In this document: positions 24,933-33,900 of the stretch, piece after piece | Position numbering within the stretch: the stretch's first letter is position 1 | Layout: the number at the start of each line of letters is the position of its first letter | DNA from: Candidatus Peribacteria bacterium | Lineage (GTDB): Bacteria; Patescibacteriota; Gracilibacteria; Peribacterales; Peribacteraceae | Assembly (NCBI GenBank): GCA_023245935.1 | Contig: JAHFJM010000004.1 | Coordinates: forward strand, 13,924 to 77,923 | Reading direction: 5' to 3' | Length of the DNA: 64,000 nucleotides | Made by a program: the position numbers and the translations under genes | The notes under the pieces: model-generated | What the model was told of the DNA's origin: nothing | Databases searched by the model: none | What the model saw: only the letters and a program-made list of their open reading frames with translations

Positions 24933-27900
24933 TTACGAACGTCTCAGGAATCTCCTCCTCGCAAGCCCAATGCCGGCTGCTGCGCCGGTGACGATGAAGA
25001 TCACCATACCCGGACCTTCCTGTGACCGCGCTGGAGTCGGAACTTTCGTCACTTGATCGAAAGCATCTGCAGAGCTTCGGACCCCTTGCGGAGGAATCAG
25101 CGTTCCGACAACCGGAGACGCGGGATGCACCGCTCTCCTGCAGGCGTGATCGCACCCGTCACCGTCGAACGTGTCTCCGGTGTCACACTCCTCATTCACC
25201 GCGACGACTCCGTCGCCGCAGTACGGCAGCTGGCAATTGTCGAGACACCGCGTCGATGCATAGTTCCCGTTGTTGATCCCCGTGTCGCACTGCTCGTACG
25301 GTGAATCGATGACGCCATTGCCGCATTGCGGAACCCTCACCACTCGGCAGAGTACCGTGCAATGCGAAGAAGGCTGACCGTTGAGAGGTCCATCGTCACA
25401 CTGCTCACCGGATCCGCTGTTGATTTGTCCGTCACCGCAGGTACCGTTTTCGACCTTGCATTGCGCGCTGCAACCGTCTCCATCGATGGCATTCGAATCA
25501 TCACACTCTTCTCCCGCATCGATTGCTCCGTTGCCGCAAGTGGTGACCGTCAGGATCTGACAGGTAGTCGTGCAGTTCTGATTGATTTGTCCGTTGAGAG
25601 AGCCAAGATCACATTTCTCCCCCGCTTGCTGTATTCCATCACCGCAGTAGGCAATACTCGAAGCAGGGTACTGATTCTCGCTGGAAGATTGCTGGAAATT
25701 TTGCGAAGGATTTGAGGGGAAACTCGCGATAAATTGACTCGAGCTCGAGGTATCTTTCAAGCTTTGGCAGCACACCTCCGACTGCGAACAATTGCCGAGG
25801 GTCTGAGAGTACGGACACTCCTGGAAGGGAACGCAGGAAGAACCCGTGGGGCAGGTCAGATCACTTGAACTGCTTGAACTCGAGGAGGAATCGAGAGAAC
25901 TTGAGGAGCTCGGCACGGCACCCTGGCAACACACTCCGGTATCCGAACAGGCACCGACTGTGCTCTCCGGCGTGCATTCGTAATAGTTGACGCAAGCGGA
26001 ACCGCCCGGGCAGACGGAATCCGGAACACTCGATGATGAGGACTGCGATCCGCACACCGCGGGACAGGACACTCTCGAATCCCAACATGACCAGCTGCCA
26101 TCCGGACAACAAATCGCTTTATCTTCGCATGCAGGCTTGTTTCCAATGCTGCAGGCTGGAGAGAGAGAACTGGAACTTGAGCTCGAATTTTCACTGCTCG
26201 AAGAAGAACTTGAGGACGAACTGCTGAACGAGGAAGAAGAGGAGCTGCTCACACTGTTGACACTTGAACTGGATGAAGAACTCGAGGAGGGAACAATGGG
26301 AGGGAAGGTGGACGTGCTGTTGCAGGTGTACACCATTGCTCTCGACAGGGAAACGAATCGTACGCAGCCCTGTCCGCAGCTCACCGGCGTGGTTGCCCAG
26401 TGAATGTACTCGGGGAAAGAAACAGACGTATCCTGGCAGAGCGGTTCAGAGGGCGAAGCAGTCATTGCGATCGCATCAATATATTCCTGCCTGTCTTTGT
26501 CCGTGAGATCGGCCGGATCGAAGGAGTAATAGTCGGGATAGTAGGTGCTGTTATAACCGCCCAGTGACGTACTGCTGCGCGTGCATGTGCCCGAAATCGC
26601 AAAGGGACTGATCGAATACTGAACGCCCTGCCATGTGCAGATGTGATCCGGTCCATCCATCGAAACAGGCTGCCATCCGATTTTTGGGAGAGCCTGTGCA
26701 GTGCAGACAAACGGATTCACGTGTCTGCACGCAATGTCGGGGCTCTTGCATGTAGTCGCAAATCCTCTTCCTCCAAGAGACACGAATCTGGCACAGTTTG
26801 GTCCGCAGCTCACAGGCGCAGTCGCCCAGCTGACATCGTGATTGAATGAGACAACGGAACCCGAGCAGGCCGGGGGGGAGCTTTGAACAACATTGAGAAT
26901 CAGATTTTTCATTTGAGTTCTGTCCGGATCCGTCGCATCATTTTTGGCGAAGCTCATGAAATCGGGAACCGTGGGAGGCGTACATGTGCCTGCTTCTTGA
27001 AAGGGATTGAGTGTGAAACGTTTTCCAGTCGCAGTACAAGCGGCATTCGGTCCGTCCATCGAGACAAAATCAACATTGTGCGTGCTTTCGCGGATGCACC
27101 CGATCGGATCGATGGCGGTGCAGGACGACGTGATGTCGCCTCTCAGGATCGATGATCCTCCCGAAATGGCATCTGTGAAACTCCTGATCAAACCGGTCAC
27201 CCAATGCCACACGCCGCTGCCACCGGTTGAAACGGACGAGTTGGAAGTTCCCGGTATCAAGGACCCGAGAAGATTTCCTCCAAGCGTCGAGCTGCTTGCA
27301 CTGTCAACGGCAATTCCATTCACGGCAGGATCCCAGCACATCCAACTGCCGTCGCCGCAGCAGTATGCGTACGCATCGCCGGTGCAGACCGGGGCAACGC
27401 CCTGACATCCTGCGCCGTCGATGAATGAAGATGACGAAGAGGAACTTGAAACACTCGATGTGTTTTGGCAGCAGACTCCGGTCTCCGAACAGACATCAAT
27501 GGTTTGTTCCGGCGTGCATTCGAAGAAGTCGACGCAGGAAGAGTCTTCGGGGCAAGCAGATTGCTCACTGGAAGAAATGCTGCTCTCGCTTGAAGCGCTT
27601 GAACCGTTGTTGCAACAAACGCTGTCGAATGAGCAGGCATCACCGGTATTGTCGGGAGTGCAATCAAAGAAATACTTGCAGGAAGATCCGGACGGACAAC
27701 TGCTGCTCGTGACGCTTGAAGACAAGCTGCTTGTATTGGAACTGACCGACGAACGGGAAGAAACTGCGGAACTTGCGAGTGAAGAACTCGCACTGAATCC
27801 TGAGCTTGCAGAACCGGAACGACTGCTGCTCACACTCGAGCCGGCAGAGAAACTGGAAGAAACCGAAGAACTTGAAACGCTTGATGTGTTTTGGCAGCAG

Positions 27901-30900
27901 ACTTCGAGCGACGAACACTCGCCCACCGTGTGATCCTGATCACAATCGAAGAAGTAGACGCAGGAAGAATCAGCGGGACACCCCGCACTGCTTGAACTAT
28001 TCGAACTCATGCTGCTCTGTGATCGTGAGGATACGACAGAAGATTTCGAGGAACCAACGGAGCTTTGCACGGAGCTCGTAGAAAGGCTGGATCCCGCAGA
28101 ACCGGAACGAGAACTGGAAACGCTCGATGATGTGTTTTGGCAGCAGACTTCCAGTTGAGAACATGCGCCAAGGGTCTGTTCGGGATTACAATCGAAGAAA
28201 TATTTGCAGGAAGAATCGGACGGGCATGCTTCGCTGCTCGAACTCATGCTGTTCTGTGATTGTGAAGAGACAACCGAAGATACCGAACCGGCGGAGCGAC
28301 TGGATCCGGCAGAACCGGAACGGGAGCTGCTTGAATTGGATCTGATCGAAGAAATGGAAGAAACAGAGGAATTCGATGATCCTCCACCGGAGCAAGTACC
28401 GGGACACTGAAGTGTCAGATCCTGACAGGACCAAGTGCCGTCCGGACAGCAGAAGAGCGTGTTTTGGCACTGCGGCTTCGTTGCATCGGAACAGAAGCCT
28501 GCATCAGAACTTGAGGATAGGGAGGAAGAATTTCCGGAAGAAGAATTGTTGGAGGAAGAAGAACTCTTCAAAGACGAACGCGAACTGCTGCGAGAACGGG
28601 GAGAGCTTGAGGAAGAGCAGTACGTAAACCCGGCGACTGCAGCACGGAAGTCACGAGACAGAGCATCCTTGTCTGCAGCGTACCGTGCGTCCAAAGCAGA
28701 GAGCCCGGCTTGGATCTCCGTAGGCACACGTGTTTTGGGATCGATCCCCCTGGCCTGCCAGTAACCGACATCGACTTTGTACAGAACATACACGCTGTTG
28801 ATCGTACTGTTATAGGCAGTGTCCAATGCTGTGCGAATGGTTCCATAGTCCTTCGTCATCGCGACGATTGAGACGCACGCATTCGGAAACGTATAATGCT
28901 CGACCGGACAATTCGCGGGGAATGCGCCAATTGCGGTAAGAAAGTCGCGAGAGAGAGCGGCTGTATCCTGAGCATACTTTCCATCCACAGCAACAAGCAC
29001 CGTCTGAACATCCGCAGGCAAACGTGTTTTGGGATCGATCCCCCTGGCCTGCCAGTAGCCGACATCGATTTTGTACAGAACATACACGCTGTTGATCGTA
29101 CTGTTATACGTATCAGTCAGTGTTTTTTTCGCAGCGGCAAAGTCAGTGATCGAATCGATAACGGGTACACACTCGGTCGGAGGAGGGGGAGGCGGAGGGC
29201 AACTGCTCGATGGGAAGGCGGCAACCGCGGCACGGAAGTCACGATTGAGAGCCGCTGTATCTGCAGTGTACCTTGTGCTGAGAGCCGCAAGAGCAGTCTT
29301 GATCTCTGCGGGCAGAAAGAATTCCGGATTGTTGCGATTCTGAACGCCGTAGGTGGCATAGATGGAATTTGCATTCGTGCTGTACGCATTTGAGAGCGTT
29401 TTCGTTTCTGCGTTGTATTCCTCAGTCATCGCAACAACGGACACGCATGAATTCGTAAACGTATAGCTCTCCACGGGACAATTCGTCGGGAATGCGCCGA
29501 TAGCTGCAAGAAAGTTGCGAGAGAGAGCAGCTGTATCTGCGGCGTACTTCTTATCCATCGCATCGAGCGAAGCCTTGACCTCTGCGCTCAGAAAGAATCT
29601 TGGATTGTCGCGGTTTTGAACACCGTAAATGGCGTACACATTGTAGATTGCGGTGTTGTAGGTACTGGCAAGCGTTTTGCTTGCTGCAGCGTAGCTGGCG
29701 ACTGAGCTTGCGATAGGAACGCACTCGGTTGGCGGAGGGGGAACAGGACAGTCTCCGGGAAGCGTGGCGAGTGCAGCGTTCAAATCATGAGAGAGCGCAT
29801 CCTTATCCGCAGCGTACTTGCTGTCCACGGCGGCGAGTGCTGCATCGACCTCTGCACCGATGAAGATTCTTGGAACATGGTCTGCGTACGTCGCAGGATT
29901 ATAAGGATGGTAGATGGCATACAATTGCAGAATCGAATTGCGGTATGCAGTGTCCATCGCTTTGCGCTTTTCAGCGTAGACACGCATCATGTCGACCGCC
30001 GACACTCCGCATGTATCTGGGAACACAGTGCTTTGTGTGGGACAATTCAGAGGAAACGCAGCGAGGGCTGCAAACAAGTCATTGGAGAGAGCAGCCGTAT
30101 CTGCGGCGTACTTCCCGTCCAACACCGCGAGGATGGCATCGACCTCTGCACTGATGAAGATTCTTGGAACATGGTCTGCGTACGTCGCAGGATTATAAGG
30201 ATGGTAGATGGCATACAATTGCAGAATCGAATTGCGGTATGCAGTGTCCATCGCTTTGCGTTTCGCACCGTACTCACTCATCGAATCGACAACTTGCACG
30301 CAAGTATTCTGCGGAGAAGCGACTCCTCCCGTGAGATCTCCTTTCAAGGTGTCACCCGCTCCATTGAAGATGCTTCCAAAGAAATGCAGAACGCTTTTGC
30401 CAAGATCGATGATCCACTGCATCAGGCCTGAACCGGACTGATTCGATGCGAGCGCTGTTTTGTGACCTCCGAAGAGCAAGTTCCCTCCTAGGATTGATCC
30501 CCCACCGGGAGCCTCGTCGACGATGAGACCGTTCACCGAAGGATCGAAACACATCCAATTTCCGTTGCCGCAGCAATATGCATACGAATTGCCGGAACAC
30601 ACGGGCTCTGCGTCGCCGCACCCGGTAATGCTGGAGCTGAGGCTGCTGGCCGAAGAACAAGACTCCGGACCGCAGGAGATCACGCAACCATTCGCACCGA
30701 AAACCATCGAGGAAAAAGTACATCCGGGTCCCGGGTCGCAGACGAGACATGAGGAAGATTTCGAAGAACTGGACACCTTCGAATTGTTGCTATTCGCTGA
30801 CGAAGATGAACTGGACGGAGGATCGGTACAATCCCGATTCAATGAATTCCGCGCCGTGATGTAGTTTCGATGCAAGGCATCCAGATTGGCTAGGTAGGTA

Positions 30901-33900
30901 TTGTACAGAGAAGTGCGTGAAGTTGCGTAGTCTCTGTCCAGAGCCGCACGGGCAGCAGTGAAGGTGCGATACAAAGCGTCGTTTGAGGCGGCGAAAGTTC
31001 GGTCCAGGGTATCGCGGGCGGCGGTATAGTCACGAGTGATGATCGAGCGAGAGCTTTGATAGCTTTTCTCCAAGGTGGCGCTCGATGCGAGGTACGTGTT
31101 TTTGAGCGTCGCGAGAGTGTTTTGGTAGATCGTGAGCCTCGAAGCGGCAGTCGAGGTGACATAGGTCTGGTACGCTGCATTGATCGCATCGATGTAGTTG
31201 GTTTCCAGCGTATTCCTTGACGTTTGGTACGTACTCAGAAGAGCATTGAGCGACGCAGTGTTCTTGGTCTCGAGGGCATTGCGCGCCGCCTCGTGCGACG
31301 AAAGCAATGCATTGCGATCGGTATTGTATTTGGCGAGCAAAGCGTTTCCGGACGTTTCGTACGCAGTCGTCGCATCATCCCTGGACGCATTGTACTTGGC
31401 GTCGAGGGCGGCAACCGCTGCAGCATAGTTTCGGTCGAGGGCAGCGAATTGATCGCTACAATCACCAGGCTCGGAGCTTGCGGAAGAGCGGGAAGAAGAG
31501 AGTGAGGACGAGGACGAAGGACAAGGCAACGCCTGGAAAACTCCGTCGCAGTAATATCCGTCCTCTTGGCTCGAAGAGGAGGAAGAACCGGAAGAGACGG
31601 GCTGGCATGAAGCGAATGCGCAGTTCGGTCCCGTGCGAGCGACGTAACTGCCATCGGGACACTGCAAGACATCGAGCTCACATACCTGCGGTCGGCTGCT
31701 TGAGAGAGAGGAAGCGGAGGAGAACGACGAAGGCGCTGACGAAGAGAGCGAAGAAGAGGAAGGCTCCGGAATGCACTGCAAGTTAAGTTCTGCGAGTGCA
31801 GTATTGTAATTACGGTCAAGCACCGAGCGTGTGGCAGTGTATGACGACCGCAAGGCATCATACGAGAGTGCATACTCGTTTTTAGCGCGAACGCGTGAAA
31901 TCTGATACTCACGGTTTAAAGTGCTCAGCGCCGTTTGCCATTCAATGCGCGCGTCATCGAAGACACTATTGACCCAATGGGTACCTAGCTGGCTCGAATA
32001 CGCGTAGTATCCATGGTACTTTTTGTAGAGTGCATTCGTTGATACAGAGTACTCATTCTGGATGCGAGCAAGCGTTTCATCGTACGTCTTCTTCCCATCC
32101 CTCAGCGCAGCCTGGTACTCGCTATCGAGTTGAGCACCCTTCGCCTCGTAGGTTTTCGTGAGTGCCCTCGACGACACAATGTTCTTGCTTTCCAGCTGAC
32201 TGCGAATCGAGGCGTAGATACCGTTCAATTTCCGTACCAAATCATTGTACTGCCAGACTAAAGTCTGACTCTCTGATTGATACTGAATACCAAGAGCATG
32301 CTGAGCATCGGAGTATTTCCTTTCCAAAGCATAGAGCAAATTACCATACTTCGTTTTGAGCTTATTTCGATCAGAGCTGTACTTGTAACCGAGTTGCCGG
32401 ATCGTGTAGGCATTGCCATCCGAAGCATCGAGGGAAGCAAGGTAGCTCGCCGTCAGTGCGTCAAACTCCGTTTTGTACTGCGCATTGAAGGAATCACGCG
32501 AGGCAGTGTACTGCTCGTAGAGCGTGATGAGCGATGCGGCAAGCTGACTGTCCATGGCATCTCTGGAAGCGACAAAGTTGCTGTCCAGCTTTGCAAGCTC
32601 CGCTGCTTGTTTGCTCTCCATCGCAGCGAGTGCGTCGTCGTAGGGACGTTTCAAAGCGGCGAGCGCTGCTTGGTACTCCTTCTCCAATGCAGCAGCGGAA
32701 GCAAGGTAATTTTTGTAGAGATTCGCCTTCCATGTCGCAAAATCCCCGAGGGAAGCAATCGCAGTATTGTAGGCACTGCGCAACGCTGCACTCGCAGCAG
32801 TGTATTCGACCTGCAACGCCGCAACCTTGGCTTTGTACCTATCGTATAAAGCTGTTCTTGCGATGGGGTAATCCCGATCGAGAATTGCAAGCGAGGTGTT
32901 GTAGTCACGGAGAAGATTGGCAAAGAGCACTGCGTATTTTGCGTCCAGTGCGGCAATCGCTGCCGTGTAATCGCGCAGTAACGCAGCGCGCAGAGCATCG
33001 CATTCTTCTTTCGTATAGTGCGAACTGCTGGAGCTTGAAGATCGCACAGAACTTGCAGAGCTTGAGGAAGCAACAGAGCAGGTAACATCGGCTATGCATG
33101 CTCCGGCAGCGCACACACCGGAGCCGCACGCTGTCGGATCGATGGCTGTGCACTTCGTTCCTTCGTTCACATAGCAACTGCCGCCATTCAAATAGGATCC
33201 CTGCGGACACTGCCCATTGATTGCGCTGACCGTGCAGCTGACGACCGGGGAGGCCGATGAAGACGTGAGAAAATTCGCACATCCTCTGGCATCGTACGTG
33301 CAGTACTGACCGACTTTGCAGCAGTGAACCGGACCACCCGTGCAGGTGATTTGATCGAAGGCACACGCCTGCGGTGCACACTTGCCACCTGAGCAGTTAT
33401 TGCTACAGCAGCCCGGAGTCATCGGCGTCACGAAGCCGTCGTTCATACAGCATGGACCGGCAATTGCAGGACAGGCAGCTCCGTCCTGCAAGCAAAGACC
33501 GGCACAGAGCGGGACTCCTGTCGGACAGATTCGACTGGATGAAGAAGAGAAGGTTAACCCGCATGCTGCAGTACAGGCTCCAAGAGTGTCAAACACCGGC
33601 TGCCCGGAACAGAGCGAGGAATTCGACTGCTGCATGCAAGTGGGAGGAGCGTGCTGCAGGTGATCGCAGCAGTACACGGATTGAGTCGGCGTAATGACAG
33701 GTCCGCAGAGTGTGACGTTGCTTGCCAAGGCGGTTGCACAATTCTGCGTCGCAAAGTACGTGCCTGACTTCACCGCGCATGCCGACGACGTGATAAGTTC
33801 ACATGCATGTGCGGAGCAACATGCAGAGAGCGGACAGTCTGCATGACAGGAGTCATTGGTTTCTCCGGCATCGCAAATTCCATTCTGGTTGCATGTGGTG

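Noticed and set aside
25987-28764. Multiple plus-strand ORFs inside the giant gene rich in Glu/Leu (for example LEEELEDELLNEEEEELL)
   Set aside because: They are mirror images of the Ser-codon tracts (AGC/TCN read on the opposite strand) and have no independent coding evidence.
25767-30302. The possibility that the regularly spaced repeats represent a CRISPR array or a DGR variable region
   Set aside because: The repeats are in frame within one long ORF and are long (87-294 nt periodic units), without the short spacer/repeat alternation of a CRISPR array. No cas genes, reverse transcriptase or template repeat are present in the window.
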